Source: an uncultured Methylomirabilota bacterium (GTDB lineage: Bacteria > Methylomirabilota > Methylomirabilia > Methylomirabilales > 2-02-FULL-66-22). From it: a DNA stretch of 64,000 nt. A program made the position numbers and the translations under genes. The number at the start of each line of letters is the position of its first letter. The first letter of the stretch is position 1. This document shows positions 24,301 to 36,156 of this stretch, piece after piece. Below the pieces are notes generated by a model. It was not told the origin of the DNA. It worked only from the letters and a program-made list of their open reading frames with translations, and made no database searches. The stretch spans positions 2,400,001 through 2,464,000 of the forward strand of contig CAWJSJ010000002.1 in assembly GCA_963845565.1 (NCBI GenBank), in the 5' to 3' direction.

Positions 24301-24374
24301 AATGACCAATGACAAGCGAGCAATGACCAATCGTGATGTTCCGTTGGTCATTCGGGATTGAGAATTCGTCATTG
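24301..24374. repeat. Heptamer-repeat hairpin, AATGACC/TTGGTCA type
   Basis: AATGACC AATGACA ... AATGACC AAT ... TTGGTCA TTCGGGA TTGAGAA TTCGTCA TTG. Confidence 0.75.
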
Positions 24375-24382
24375 TGTTCGGG

Positions 24383-24458
<76 letters not shown>

Positions 24459-24466
24459 AGAAAAGC

Positions 24467-24557
24467 ATTGTCGATTGATGATTTCCGATTGGCGATTGCC
24501 TGGGGAAAGACATTCAGTGACGGTTCAATCGTCAATCGGCAATCGTCAATCTGAAAT
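24467..24557. repeat. Heptamer-repeat hairpin
   Basis: ATTGTCG ATTGATG ATTTCCG ATTGGCG ATTG ... CAATCGT CAATCGG CAATCGT CAATCTG AAAT. Confidence 0.85.
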
Positions 24558-24569
24558 GTTTTTACGGAT

Positions 24570-24645
24570 GGGCCGCTAGCTCAGATGGTAGAGCAGCTGA
24601 CTCTTAATCAGCGGGCCGAAGGTTCGAGTCCTTCGCGGCCCACCA
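24570..24645 (+). tRNA. tRNA-Lys(CTT)
   Basis: GCTGA-CTCTTAA-TCAGC, CCA. Confidence 0.96.
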
Positions 24646-24794
24646 TCCGTTTCTGTTGACAATCCTGCGCGAGGCAACGAGGGGCGGCGCCGGGCGTCGC
24701 TCGACGCGGATACCTCGCATGTCGTCGGTTTGGAGAGTGCGGGCGAACCAGCCGCGAGGGCGCACAGCAGCTCACACCGAGGCCCTTGCCTCCG

Positions 24795-24878
24795 GCGAGA
24801 GTGGCGGAATGGCAGACGCGTCCCGTTTAGGGCGGGATGGGGTAACCCGTGGGGGTTCAACTCCCCCCTCTCGCACCA
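24795..24878 (+). tRNA. tRNA-Leu(TAG)
   Basis: TCCCG-TTTAGGG-CGGGA, long variable arm, CCA; upstream of tig. Confidence 0.93.
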
Positions 24879-24914
24879 AGCCGATTCTTCCTTGTTCACC
24901 CCACGTGAGAACCC

Positions 24915-26219
24915 ATGAAAGTCACAGTTGAAGAACTCAGCCCGTCCAAGCGAGCCCTCCACGTCGAGCTGCCATCCGAGCGGGTGACCGACCGGGTCGA
25001 GGCGGCGTTCCGAGAGTGGGGTCAGAAGCTCCAGCTCCCCGGTTTCCGCCGCGGCCGGGTTCCGCCAGAGATCATCCGGAAACGGTTCCAGGCCGAAGTC
25101 CATGAAGAAGTCCTTCGGGAACTGATTCCCGACTCGTACCGGGAGGCCTTGACGCAGGCGGCGATCGAGCCGGTCAGCCAGCCCGAGGTCGAGGATGTCC
25201 ACTTTCATGCCGGGGAGCCCCTGACCTACCGGGCGGTGGTGGAGATCAAGCCGCCGGTGACGGCGAAGGATTACCGTGGCATCACCCTCGAGCGCGAGAA
25301 GGTCGAGGTGTCGGACCAGGAGTTGGACCGGGCGCTGGAGTACCTCCGCGAAGACGCGGCGGAATACGTCCCCATGGAGGGGTGGCCGGCCCTGAAGGAC
25401 GATCTGGTCGTCCTGGATCACGAGGGCAGCATCAACGGGAAGCCGTTCAAAGGCGGGAGCGGGAAGAACCTCACCGTCGCGCTGGGCCACGAAGGGTATC
25501 TGCCGGGATTCACCGAGCAACTGATGGGGACGCAGAAGGGCGAGCACAAACAGTTCACACTGCAGATCCCGGCCGACGGGCCGCGCAAGGAACTGGCGGG
25601 GCGATCCGTGGAGTTTCGCGTGACGGTGAAAGAGGTCAAGAAGCGGCGCGTGCCGGAGCTGAACGACGAATTCGCCAAGACCGTGGGGGACGTGGAGAAT
25701 CTGGCGGCCTTGCGGGAAAAGCTCCGCCAGCAACTCGTGCAGCGCAAGACGCGGGAGCAGGACGCCGCGCTCAAGCGCACGCTGATGGAGAAGCTGGTTC
25801 AGCAGCATGCCATCGAGGTGCCGGAGGCGATGGTGGACCGCGAGGCGGCCGCCGTACTGGAGGAGCTGGCGATGACGCTCCGGGCGACCGGCGGTCGCAT
25901 GGAGGGTCTCCCCCAGGATCCCGAGACCCTGCGGACCACGGCGCGCGAGACCGCCACGCGCCGGGTGCAGCAGGCGCTCCTCCTGGAGGCGGTAGCCAAG
26001 CAAGAGAACTTGGCGGTGACCGAGGACGAGATCGAAGCCGAGATCGCGGCGATGGTCCGGGCGTATCCCGCCGACCGCGGGACTGCGGTGCGGCGCGCCC
26101 TCGACGACCCGGAGCGCAAGGCCGGACTGAGCGGGCGAATCTTGGAACGCAAGGCCATGGATTTTCTGTTCCAGCACGCCACCATCAGCGACGCGTTTCA
26201 TCTGATCAAGCCGGCGTAA
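24915..26219 (+). CDS. tig: Trigger factor
   Basis: LPGFRRGRVP ribosome-binding motif, FKBP domain; tig-clpP-clpX order. Confidence 0.96.
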   Translation: MKVTVEELSPSKRALHVELPSERVTDRVEAAFREWGQKLQLPGFRRGRVPPEIIRKRFQAEVHEEVLRELIPDSYREALTQAAIEPVSQPEVEDVHFHAGEPLTYRAVVEIKPPVTAKDYRGITLEREKVEVSDQELDRALEYLREDAAEYVPMEGWPALKDDLVVLDHEGSINGKPFKGGSGKNLTVALGHEGYLPGFTEQLMGTQKGEHKQFTLQIPADGPRKELAGRSVEFRVTVKEVKKRRVPELNDEFAKTVGDVENLAALREKLRQQLVQRKTREQDAALKRTLMEKLVQQHAIEVPEAMVDREAAAVLEELAMTLRATGGRMEGLPQDPETLRTTARETATRRVQQALLLEAVAKQENLAVTEDEIEAEIAAMVRAYPADRGTAVRRALDDPERKAGLSGRILERKAMDFLFQHATISDAFHLIKPA

Positions 26220-26264
26220 GCCGTTGTCAAAAAGATGGACAACGTATTTCGTACCGGCTCCTAA
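26217..26264 (+). mobile_element. Internally deleted 48-bp copy of the bipartite repeat, starting at the tig stop codon
   Basis: TAAGCCGTTGTCAAA ... TATTTCGTACCGGCTCCTAA retains both outer ends. Confidence 0.75.
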
Positions 26265-26318
26265 CCCTGTATGCCACATGCCCGTCCCGCCCCTCGGGGG
26301 ATTGCGGGTGGAGGACTT

Positions 26319-26957
26319 ATGCTGGTTCCCATGGTGGTCGAGCAAACCAGCCGCGGCGAGCGCGCTTACGACATCTTCTCGCGGCTGCTCAAGGATCGGA
26401 TCATCTTCATCGGGACCCCGATTGACGACGTGGGGGCCAACCTGGTCATCGCGCAGCTCCTGTTCCTGGAGGCCGAGGACCCGGACAAGGACATCCACGT
26501 GTACATCAACTCCCCCGGCGGGTCGGTGACCGCCAGCTTGGCGATCTACGACACCATGCAGTTCGTGAAGCCGGCCATCGAGACGATCTGCATGGGGCAG
26601 GCCGCCAGCGGCGCGGCGCTCCTGCTGGCGGCGGGGACCAAGGGGAAGCGCATGGCCTTGCCCAACTCCCGGATCATGATCCACCAACCCTACGGCGGCA
26701 CCCAGGGGCAGGCGGTGGACATCCAGATCCAGGCCAAGGAGATCCTGCGGATGCGGGAAGAGCTGAACCGGATTCTGTCCCACCACACCGGCCAAACGCT
26801 GGAGCGGGTCGAGAAGGACAGCGACCGCGACTACTTCATGTCGCCGGAGGAGGCCAAACAGTACGGGCTGGTGGACGAAGTGATCTTTTATCGGGACCTG
26901 GCCAAACGGAAGGCGGAGGCGGCTGCGCCGCCGCCGTCGCTTCCCCAGACGGCCTGA
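26319..26957 (+). CDS. clpP: ATP-dependent Clp protease proteolytic subunit
   Basis: [29 protein letters not shown]. Confidence 0.97.
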   Translation: MLVPMVVEQTSRGERAYDIFSRLLKDRIIFIGTPIDDVGANLVIAQLLFLEAEDPDKDIHVYINSPGGSVTASLAIYDTMQFVKPAIETICMGQAASGAALLLAAGTKGKRMALPNSRIMIHQPYGGTQGQAVDIQIQAKEILRMREELNRILSHHTGQTLERVEKDSDRDYFMSPEEAKQYGLVDEVIFYRDLAKRKAEAAAPPPSLPQTA

Positions 26958-27025
26958 GGCGGCGGGGCGAGTCGTTTCCTCCGGGGACGAGGGGACGGCT
27001 CGATCGTCACCAGGGAGAGGGGCGG

Positions 27026-28273
<1,248 letters not shown>

Positions 28274-28393
28274 CGGCGCAGCGCGTGCCGTCGGATCCGC
28301 TGGCGGCGTGACGACTCTCGGAGACGCAAGCGCCCGCCGTTCCCCCCGTGGGGATCCCGGCGGCGGACGCGAGGCGATGGGGCGGGGAGGCGA

Positions 28394-29323
28394 ATGAGCA
28401 GCGTGTCCGGGTTCCGACGACGGCCCTCGCGCGCGGCGAGGCGCGCCGGGCTTCCTCTGGTTCTCCTGCTGATGGCGTGTCTCTTGCCGGGGTGCGCCGC
28501 CTACGACTTCCTGTACGGCAAACCTGCGCGGCGAGAGTCCCAACAATCGGAACAGGATCTGCTGCGGTCGGCGGAGGGCCAGCTGCAGCGGGGACAGTAC
28601 GAAGACGCGCGCAAGTCTCTGCAGCGGCTGATGAATCAGTATCCCGAGAGCGACCTGGTCGCGACGGCCCGCCTGGGGACGGCGAAGGCGCTATACATGG
28701 AGAAGAAGTACGACGAGGCCCGCGCCGAGTACCAGCGTTTTCTCGAGTTGCACCCACAGCACGAGCGGGCGGACGAAGCCGTCTACTACATGGGGATGGC
28801 ATATTTCCGGTCGGCGGACAGCCCGGACCGGGATCAGACCCATACCAAGAAGGCGCTGGGGGAGTTCCGGCTGCTGGTCAAGCAGATGCCCGATTCGCAA
28901 TACGTGCCCGACGCCCAGCAGCGGATCGAGGCGGCGCGCAAGAAGTTGGCCGAGAAGGACCTGTACGTCGGGCGGTTTTACTTCGACCGGGGCAACTACG
29001 CCGCCGCCGCCGGACGCCTCCAAAACCTGCTGGGCGACTACAACCGGGCGGGCTTCGACGACCAGGCGCTCTACTTCCTGGGAGAATCGCTGTGGCGGCT
29101 GGAGCAGAAGGACGAGGCCCGTGCCGCTTTCCTCCGACTGATCCAGGAAGAGTCGCAATCCGAGTGGGCTCCGCCGGCCGCGGACCGGCTGGGGGTCGTG
29201 CTGGTGCGGACGGGGCCGCCGAAACCCAAAGGGCCGAGCACCTGGGAGCGCGTCAAAACGGGGATGGGCGCCATCTGGGATGAGCTGGGCGACACCGTTC
29301 GGAGCTACCGGCTCTTCAATTGA
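28394..29323 (+). CDS. bamD: Outer membrane protein assembly factor BamD (lipoprotein)
   Basis: Lipobox LPGC, TPR repeats, DRDQT motif, VGRFYF. Confidence 0.85.
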   Translation: MSSVSGFRRRPSRAARRAGLPLVLLLMACLLPGCAAYDFLYGKPARRESQQSEQDLLRSAEGQLQRGQYEDARKSLQRLMNQYPESDLVATARLGTAKALYMEKKYDEARAEYQRFLELHPQHERADEAVYYMGMAYFRSADSPDRDQTHTKKALGEFRLLVKQMPDSQYVPDAQQRIEAARKKLAEKDLYVGRFYFDRGNYAAAAGRLQNLLGDYNRAGFDDQALYFLGESLWRLEQKDEARAAFLRLIQEESQSEWAPPAADRLGVVLVRTGPPKPKGPSTWERVKTGMGAIWDELGDTVRSYRLFN

Positions 29324-29369
29324 AGACGGGCCGGGCCAGGGCGGACGGGAAGGACGGCAGGTCGACAAG

Positions 29370-30086
29370 GTGGCCACGGAAACACGGTTGCTCATTCAGC
29401 GGGGTACGGCGGCATTCCGCGCGGGGGCGTATGCCGAGGCGGAGAGGCCCCTGCTCGAGGCGATGGCGCGCGACGCCAACTTCGCCAACGTGTACCACAT
29501 GCTGGGCGTGATCGCCGGCCGGCGCGGTGCGCCAGGGCGGGCGATCGAGCTGTTTCGGCGCGCCCTGGCCCTGAACCCGCGGTACAGCGAAGCGCAGCTG
29601 AACCTGGCCATTACCCTGGCCGAGACCGGGGCCTACGACCAGGCGGCCGAGGAGATCGGCCGCGTGCGAGCGCGGGAGCCGGTCGAGGCCGGACGACCCG
29701 GCGCTGCGGCGCGTGGGGCCTTGGCCAACGCGCATGCCGATCTGGCGCGCCAGTACCACGCGTTGGGCATGTACGCGGACGCGGTGGGGGAGTACGACAA
29801 GGCCATCGGACTGTGCCCGGATTTCGCGGATCTCCACCTCGCCCGCGCGGTGAGTTGCCGGGAGCGTGGGGACGACGCCGGCGCCGCCACCGCCGTGACG
29901 CGCGCCCTGGAGCTGAACCCGCGGTACGTGGACGCGCACGTGACACAGGGGTGCCTGTATCAGCGGGCGGGGCAGGCCGCGGCGGCGATCGCGGCGTGGC
30001 AGCGGGCCCTGGCGCTCGATCCCGGGCACAAGCTGGCCCGCGTCTACCTCGCCCAGGCGACGGCCTCCCGGGTAGCCGGGACGTGA
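29370..30086 (+). CDS. Tetratricopeptide repeat protein
   Basis: Repeated ALxLNP/ALDP TPR units. Confidence 0.8.
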   Translation: MATETRLLIQRGTAAFRAGAYAEAERPLLEAMARDANFANVYHMLGVIAGRRGAPGRAIELFRRALALNPRYSEAQLNLAITLAETGAYDQAAEEIGRVRAREPVEAGRPGAAARGALANAHADLARQYHALGMYADAVGEYDKAIGLCPDFADLHLARAVSCRERGDDAGAATAVTRALELNPRYVDAHVTQGCLYQRAGQAAAAIAAWQRALALDPGHKLARVYLAQATASRVAGT

Positions 30087-31024
30087 CCCTCGCGGACCCA
30101 CTCCCCGACTCTCTCCTGTCCCAGACGCGGGCGCTGCTGCGCACCCGCGGCCTGCGGCCGCGCCGACGGCGTGGCCAGAACTTCCTGGTGGATCCCAGGG
30201 TCCGTGATCGGATCGTGGCCGCCGCCGGCATCGGTCCGGGGAGTCTGGTGCTCGAGGTCGGCCCCGGCACGGGGATCCTGACCGAGGCCATGCTCCGGGC
30301 CGGGGCCAGCGTCATGGCGGTCGAACTCGACCGGGACTTGGCGCAGGCGCTCGCGGACCGGCTGGGACGGGACCCGGCGCTGGTCGTGCGGGTGGCGGAC
30401 GCGCTGACGTTCGACTTTTCCGAGGCGCTGCGCGGCGACCCGCGGCAGGGCCGCATCCGGGTCGTCGCCAACATCCCGTACTACATCACCACCCCGTTGA
30501 TCCTCCGATTCCTGCGCCACCGGGAGCTGTTCGACGCGTTGTTCCTGACGGTGCAGCGCGAGGTGGCGGAGCGTCTGACGGCGGCGCCGGGCGGCAAGAC
30601 GTACGGGGCCCTGACCCTCGCGTGCCGGTACTGGGCCGATGTGCGCACGGTGCTGCCCATCCCGCGCACCGCGTTCTTTCCGGTTCCCGAGGTGGATTCG
30701 GCGCTGGTCCGGTTCGATCTCCTGGCCGGCCCGCGGGTCTCGGTCCGGGCCCCGGGGCGGCTCTTCGCCGTCATCCGCGCCGCGTTCGGCACCCGGCGGA
30801 AGACCCTGCGGAACGCGCTCTGCCGCGGCGGCTGGCCGGGGGAGTCGGTGGATGCGGCGCTCGGCGCGGCCGGAATCGAGGGGCGGCGGCGAGGGGAGAC
30901 GTTGACGCTGGAGGAGTTCGCCCGACTGACCGAGGCGTTGCCGGCGACCATGGACCGCGACGCCGTTGGCGAGGCCGGCCCGGATCGAGAGACGGGATCG
31001 TCTCTCGATGTGGCTGCCGGATGA
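30083..31024 (+). CDS. rsmA: 16S rRNA m6,2A1518/1519 dimethyltransferase
   Basis: GQNFL, LEVGPGTG, VANIPYYIT, QREVAERL, RRKTLRN. Confidence 0.95.
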   Translation: MTLADPLPDSLLSQTRALLRTRGLRPRRRRGQNFLVDPRVRDRIVAAAGIGPGSLVLEVGPGTGILTEAMLRAGASVMAVELDRDLAQALADRLGRDPALVVRVADALTFDFSEALRGDPRQGRIRVVANIPYYITTPLILRFLRHRELFDALFLTVQREVAERLTAAPGGKTYGALTLACRYWADVRTVLPIPRTAFFPVPEVDSALVRFDLLAGPRVSVRAPGRLFAVIRAAFGTRRKTLRNALCRGGWPGESVDAALGAAGIEGRRRGETLTLEEFARLTEALPATMDRDAVGEAGPDRETGSSLDVAAG

Positions 31025-31057
31025 TCAGTCGTCCACGCGGAAAGGGACGGAATCTCG

Positions 31058-32224
31058 ATGAGCGAGTCGCTGTTTCAGACGGCCAAGGATGAGGAGATCA
31101 AGGCAGGACAGGTCACGGACGTCTACTTCGCGCGGACCCTGGAGATCCTCCGGCGGCGCGGCGTGGCGAAGCGGGTGACGGCGGAGGTGGTCCTGAAGAG
31201 CTTTCCCTCGGGGTGGGCTTGGGGTGTCTTGGCGGGGATCGACGAGGTGGCCACGCTGCTCCGGGACCTGCCGGTGCGCGTCCGCGCCTTTCCCGAGGGG
31301 GCGGTGTTCGGCACGATGCAGCCGGTCCTGACGGTCGAGGGGCGGTACGTGGACTTCGCGCAGTACGAGACAGCGCTCCTGGGGTTGCTCTGCCAGGCCT
31401 CGGGGGTGGCGACCAAGGCCGCCCGGTGCAAGAAGGCGGCCGGGGAGCACCCCGTGGTCAGCTTCGGCGCGCGACGGATGCATCCGGCGCTGGCGCCGAT
31501 GATCGAGCGGAATGCCTATCTCGGGGGATGCGACGGGGTTGCGGTGGTCAAGAGCGCCGAACTGCTGCAGCTCGAGCCGAGCGGAACGATGCCCCATTCG
31601 CTGATCCTGATGTTGGGGGACACGGTGGTGGCGGCGCAGGCGTTCGACGAGATCATCGATCCTGCCGTCCGCCGGGTGGTGTTGATCGACACCTTCGGCG
31701 ACGAGAAGGTGGAGGCGGTCCGGGTCGCCGACGCGCTGCGCGACCGGCTGTACGCGGTGCGGCTGGACACGCCCGCCTCGCGCCGCGGCGACCTCGTCGG
31801 TATCCTGCGCGAGGTGCGGTGGGAGCTCGATTTGCGCGGATTCCAGCACGTGCAGCTGTTTGTGAGCGGCGGGCTGGACGAGGAGGAAATCCTTCGCCTG
31901 AATCCGGTGGCGGATGCCTACGGGGTGGGGACCGCCATCAGCAACGCCCCGGTGCTGAATTTCGCCTTGGATATCGTCGACGTGGACGGATCGCCGGTCG
32001 CGAAGCGCGGGAAGATGTCGGGCCGAAAGGAGGTCTTCCGCTGCGCGGGGTGCGGCCAGCATTTCGTGGTGGCGGCGCAGGCGCCCCGCCCGGCCTGTTG
32101 CGGGAGCGAGATGGCGCCCCGTCTCCTGCCGCTGATCGAGGGCGGGCGCGTCGTGCGGGCCATGCCGGACGTGCACGCGCTCCGTCGACAGGTATTGGCC
32201 GAACTCACCCAGGTGGCCCTCTGA
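31058..32224 (+). CDS. pncB: Nicotinate phosphoribosyltransferase (short form with C-terminal Cys cluster)
   Basis: TDVYF, SFGARR, GTMPHS, LIDTF, VRLDT, VSGGL. Confidence 0.9.
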   Translation: MSESLFQTAKDEEIKAGQVTDVYFARTLEILRRRGVAKRVTAEVVLKSFPSGWAWGVLAGIDEVATLLRDLPVRVRAFPEGAVFGTMQPVLTVEGRYVDFAQYETALLGLLCQASGVATKAARCKKAAGEHPVVSFGARRMHPALAPMIERNAYLGGCDGVAVVKSAELLQLEPSGTMPHSLILMLGDTVVAAQAFDEIIDPAVRRVVLIDTFGDEKVEAVRVADALRDRLYAVRLDTPASRRGDLVGILREVRWELDLRGFQHVQLFVSGGLDEEEILRLNPVADAYGVGTAISNAPVLNFALDIVDVDGSPVAKRGKMSGRKEVFRCAGCGQHFVVAAQAPRPACCGSEMAPRLLPLIEGGRVVRAMPDVHALRRQVLAELTQVAL

Positions 32225-32281
32225 GGGCATGACCCGTGATCACGCTCCGATGATCGTTTCGGAGACGCGAGAGGACGACGC

Positions 32282-32716
32282 ATGAGGACGGGGGGGCGGG
32301 GCGGTCACCGCATCGGCAGGGCGCGCTGGCTCCGGAGGCTGGAGGGCGCGGTGACCATCGTGGCCTTTACGGAATCCGGACGGATGCACCGGGCGCGGGT
32401 CGGCAAACGGTCGCTTCTGGTTGCCGCACTCCTGACATGTATCCTGCTGGTCGGCTTCACCACGTCGGCGCTGCGACTCTTCCGCGGTCAAGTCGACCTG
32501 GCGCGTATGGCCTACCTGGAGCGAGAGAACCAATCGCTCACCTCGCTCCTCGAGGGGCAGGCGGAGCAGCTCAGCCGGCTGAAAGTGGAGGTCGCGCGGC
32601 TGAAGGAGTTCGAGCAGAATCTGCGCGTGGTCTCCGGGATGGATGCGCAGGCCGAACCAGCGGTCGGCGCGGGGCCGACGCGCGGGCCGAAGAAGGACCC
32701 GCCCCGCAAGCGTTGA
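32282..32716 (+). CDS. Hypothetical TM + coiled-coil protein resembling the N-terminal half of M23 peptidases
   Basis: One TM helix, then LERENQSL...LKEFEQNLRVVSG coiled coil; no HxxxD/HxH catalytic motifs. Confidence 0.55.
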   Translation: MRTGGRGGHRIGRARWLRRLEGAVTIVAFTESGRMHRARVGKRSLLVAALLTCILLVGFTTSALRLFRGQVDLARMAYLERENQSLTSLLEGQAEQLSRLKVEVARLKEFEQNLRVVSGMDAQAEPAVGAGPTRGPKKDPPRKR

Positions 32717-32769
32717 CGGAGAGCTCGGGCGCTCGGGCGGGTGGGCCGGTGTCTTTCGCAGAGGGCAGT

Positions 32770-33687
32770 ATGCGCGAAGAGGCGGGTTCCGAAGGGGCGG
32801 CGCGCCGGTCCGGGCTTCACGCCCGGCTGGAGGAAGAGGCGTATCGCGGACTCCGCAACCTGGTGCTGGCCGCCGGGGGGATCGATCTGAACCGGTACAA
32901 GGACCGGTGTGTCCTGCGACGGATCGCCGTCCGGCAGCGCGCGTCAGGCGCCGCAGATCTCCGTGCCTACCTGCGCCTGGTGGGCCGCGATCCCGTCGAG
33001 CGCGAGCACTTGGTGAAGGCGCTTACCATCCATGTCTCCCAGTTTCTGCGGAACCCCACCACGTTCCGGGCCATCCAGACGGAGGTGCTGCCCGCCATTC
33101 TTGCGGACAAGGCGCGGATGGGCGGCCGAGCGCTGCGGCTCTGGAGCGTGGGGTGCGCCTGCGGAGAAGAGCCGTATTCCTTGGCACTCCTCCTCTCCGA
33201 GATGGCCTCGGAGACGGTCCGAAAACACTCCACGACGATCTACGGAACCGACATCGAGCCGGAGTGCCTGCGCGTGGCGCGGGAGGCGCGGTATCCCGCC
33301 GTCAGCCTCAAATCCGTCCCGGCCCACTGGAAGCAGCAGTACTTCACGCCGGTGGGGCTCGATTACGAGGTGAGACCGGAGATCCGCCGTCTCGTCTATT
33401 TCAAGTTGCACAGCATCCTCGATCCGGTGCCGTTCGGTCGGATCGATCTCGTGGTCTTCCGAAACGTCCTCATCTATATGACGGACCCGCTCCAGGAACA
33501 AGTCCTGCTGCGACTGTCCGAAGCGCTCAATGCGGGGGGGTACCTGGTGCTGGGGAAGGTTGAGGGGCTGGCCGGATCAACCCGGGAACTGTTCGAGCCG
33601 GTCAACGTTCCGGAGCGGATCTATCGCAAGCGTGGCCACCCGGCGCCCGAGCGACCGTCCCGAGGACTGGAAGCCCTCTGGAAATAG
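32770..33687 (+). CDS. cheR: Chemoreceptor glutamate methyltransferase CheR
   Basis: LTIHVSQFLRN, LWSVGCACGEEPYS, GTDI, FRNVLIY, GYLVLG. Confidence 0.92.
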   Translation: MREEAGSEGAARRSGLHARLEEEAYRGLRNLVLAAGGIDLNRYKDRCVLRRIAVRQRASGAADLRAYLRLVGRDPVEREHLVKALTIHVSQFLRNPTTFRAIQTEVLPAILADKARMGGRALRLWSVGCACGEEPYSLALLLSEMASETVRKHSTTIYGTDIEPECLRVAREARYPAVSLKSVPAHWKQQYFTPVGLDYEVRPEIRRLVYFKLHSILDPVPFGRIDLVVFRNVLIYMTDPLQEQVLLRLSEALNAGGYLVLGKVEGLAGSTRELFEPVNVPERIYRKRGHPAPERPSRGLEALWK

Positions 33688-33748
33688 GGCTTTCCGCTTG
33701 ACTTCGTCGTTTCGTGTACGATACTTATACGCGCCACGTCTGCGCCGC

Positions 33749-33853
33749 TAAGCCGTTGTCAAAGAATTAGTTGAGCGGGGATCTTCCGAAACGGCATAAG
33801 GAGCCGTAACGAAATAGAAAGAGACGCATAGGTTATTTCGTAACGGCTCCTAA
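33749..33853 (+). mobile_element. Bipartite ~105-bp MITE-like repeat, copy 3
   Basis: TAAGCCGTTGTCAAAGAA...GGCATAAGGAGCCGTAACGAAATA...TATTTCGTAACGGCTCCTAA. Confidence 0.85.
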
Positions 33854-33907
33854 GTTCGGATGTGATCGACGGTTCGCGCGGACTCTGTCCCCGCGAGGAG
33901 GGAGTGT

Positions 33908-35173
33908 ATGCAATCCACGACGATCGGCAAGAAGCTGTATCTGGGATTCCTCGCGGTCATTGTGGCCACGGGCGTCCTGCCGGGTCTGTTGTCAACGGCC
34001 CTCCGTCGGTTCATCCCGCAGGAGTATGTCCTCATTTTCACGGGCGTCTTGGGCATCTTCCTCGGCATCATCCTGGCCTTCGTCATGTCGCGAAGCTTGA
34101 CGACCGAGATTCGCGCGCTGGCGGCGGCGGTCCGGGTTGTTGCGGAAGGCGATCTGACCAAGGATGTTCCCGTCAACACGGCCGACGAGGTCGGGGAGCT
34201 GGCCCAGACCTTCAACCAGATGGTGCGAAGTCTGCGTGAGATCGCGCGCGAAGTGAAGTCTACCTCGGACGCCGTGACCGGGTCCGCCGTCGCCCTCTCG
34301 GCCTCGGCAGAGGAGATGAACTCCTCCACGGAGGAGATCGCGGCCACCGTGGAGCAGATCGCCAAAGGGGCGGAACACCAGGCCGGTTTGGTGGAGCAGA
34401 CCTCCAAGGTGATGCGCGAGATGGCGCGGGCGATCACGGAGATCGCCTCGCGCGCCAAGGCGGCCGCCGAGGCGGCGGCCGAAGCGGGCTACACGGCCCA
34501 GACGGGCGGCAAGTCGGCCCGTGAGGCCATGGACAAGATGAAGGGGGTCTTCAGCATCGTGGAAGGGGCCGCCGGCGGGGTGAAGGCGCTGAGCGAGCGG
34601 ACTCAGCAGATCGGGATCATCGTGGACGTGATCACCAAGATCGCCCAGCAGACCAACCTCCTGGCCCTGAACGCCACCATCGAGGCGGCGCGGGCCGGGG
34701 AGGCGGGCCGCGGCTTCGCCGTGGTGGCCGAGGAGGTGCGCAAGCTGGCGACCGAGGCCGCCACCTCGGCCGAGAAGATCGCCGAGATCGTGAGGGAAGT
34801 CCAGACGGAGAACACCCGGGTGGTCAGCTCCATGGAGGTCGCCACGCGGGACATCGCCTCGGGCCGGGAGGTCCTGACCTACACCAGCGACGCCCTCGAG
34901 GAGATCGTGCGGGGGGTCGTGGACGAAGTCAAGAAGGTCCAGGAGATTTCCGCCCTCACGCAACAGCAAACCGAGGGCGCGCAATCCCTGGTGAAGACCA
35001 TCGACGAGATCGCCAAGGTCGCCGAGGACAACGCGGCGTCGACGGAGGAGGCCTCGGCGGCCACCACGGAGCAGACGGCTTCCATGGAGCAGATGGCGCA
35101 ATCGGCACAGCAGCTGAGCGGTCTGGCGGACAAACTCAAGACCTTGGTGGCGCGCTTCCATGTCGGACGGTAG
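33908..35173 (+). CDS. Methyl-accepting chemotaxis protein, 2 TM without periplasmic domain (DifA-like)
   Basis: Two TMs joined by ~10 aa, HAMP domain, [37 protein letters not shown]. Confidence 0.95.
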   Translation: MQSTTIGKKLYLGFLAVIVATGVLPGLLSTALRRFIPQEYVLIFTGVLGIFLGIILAFVMSRSLTTEIRALAAAVRVVAEGDLTKDVPVNTADEVGELAQTFNQMVRSLREIAREVKSTSDAVTGSAVALSASAEEMNSSTEEIAATVEQIAKGAEHQAGLVEQTSKVMREMARAITEIASRAKAAAEAAAEAGYTAQTGGKSAREAMDKMKGVFSIVEGAAGGVKALSERTQQIGIIVDVITKIAQQTNLLALNATIEAARAGEAGRGFAVVAEEVRKLATEAATSAEKIAEIVREVQTENTRVVSSMEVATRDIASGREVLTYTSDALEEIVRGVVDEVKKVQEISALTQQQTEGAQSLVKTIDEIAKVAEDNAASTEEASAATTEQTASMEQMAQSAQQLSGLADKLKTLVARFHVGR

Positions 35174-35717
35174 CGGGGGCCAGCGCGCGCTCGTCCGCTT
35201 GGACTCCGCCGAGGTCGCGGAGGAGTCGCGGGAGGAGATCCGCCGCGTCATCCTCTTCCAGGCGTGCGACGAGTGGTTCGCCCTGCCCATCGGTTTCGTG
35301 GGAGAGGTCCAGCCACTGGATCGGGTGACGCGCGTTCCGACCGCACCCCGTGATGTTCTGGGGATTCTCAACATCCGGGGTCGGGTGCTGACGCTTTTCG
35401 GCCTGGCCGAATGTCTCAACATCCCGCCCGGACAGGAGCCGTGCACCCACGTGGTCGTGCTCGATTTGGGGGATGCCGAATTGCGCATCGGCCTCGCGGT
35501 GCAGCGAATCGGCGGGGTGCGACGCGTTCCGGTCTCGGCGCTGGAGCCGCCGCCGCCTCGCGAGAGCGGACCGGGATGCCTGGAGGGGGTGTTCGAGGCC
35601 GGTGGACAGGTGGTCGGCCTCTTGGATCTGACGCGCGTTTTCGCGCGATCCCTCTCCGACTGGGGGATCGCGCTCGAGGCGCGCACTGCGACGGAACGAC
35701 AGGGTGCGGACCAGTGA
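35160..35717 (+). CDS. cheW: CheW coupling protein
   Basis: FALPI, TRVPTAP, GILNIRG, GLLDL. Confidence 0.9.
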   Translation: MSDGSGGQRALVRLDSAEVAEESREEIRRVILFQACDEWFALPIGFVGEVQPLDRVTRVPTAPRDVLGILNIRGRVLTLFGLAECLNIPPGQEPCTHVVVLDLGDAELRIGLAVQRIGGVRRVPVSALEPPPPRESGPGCLEGVFEAGGQVVGLLDLTRVFARSLSDWGIALEARTATERQGADQ

Positions 35718-35742
35718 CGGCTGGCCGCCATCGGAGGTGGGT

Positions 35743-36156
35743 GTGATCAAGATCCTGGTCGTGGACGACGCGATCTTCATGCGCAGCATGATCCGTGACA
35801 TCTTTGCGCGGGGACCGTTCGTGATCGCGGGCGAGGCCGAGAACGGGGTGGAGGCCGTGCGGTTGTACCAGGAGCTCCGCCCGGACCTCACGACCATGGA
35901 CATTGTCATGCCGCAAATGGACGGGATCACCGCGCTGCGGGAGATTATCCGCTTCGACCCTACCGCCAAGGTTGTCATGTGCAGTGCCCTCGGGCAGGAG
36001 GCTCTGATCGCCGAGTCCATCGAAGCGGGCGCCTGCGATTTTATCGTCAAGCCCTTCCAGCCCAGCCGGGTCCTGAAGGTGGTGCAGAGCGTGCTGGGCT
36101 TGGACGATCAGTTGCGGCTGCCGGCGTCGCCGGGTCGTCCGGGAGACGGGCGGTGA
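35743..36156 (+). CDS. cheY: CheY-like response regulator
   Basis: ILVVDDAIFMR, MDIVMPQMDG, CSALGQ, FIVKPF. Confidence 0.92.
   Translation: MIKILVVDDAIFMRSMIRDIFARGPFVIAGEAENGVEAVRLYQELRPDLTTMDIVMPQMDGITALREIIRFDPTAKVVMCSALGQEALIAESIEAGACDFIVKPFQPSRVLKVVQSVLGLDDQLRLPASPGRPGDGR

Noticed and set aside
24656..24690. TTGACA after tRNA-Lys
   Set aside because: No -10 element at 16-18 bp spacing
24795..24878. Possible suppressor or pyrrolysine tRNA because TAG appears in the loop
   Set aside because: Anticodon UAG reads CUA (Leu); an amber suppressor would have anticodon CUA
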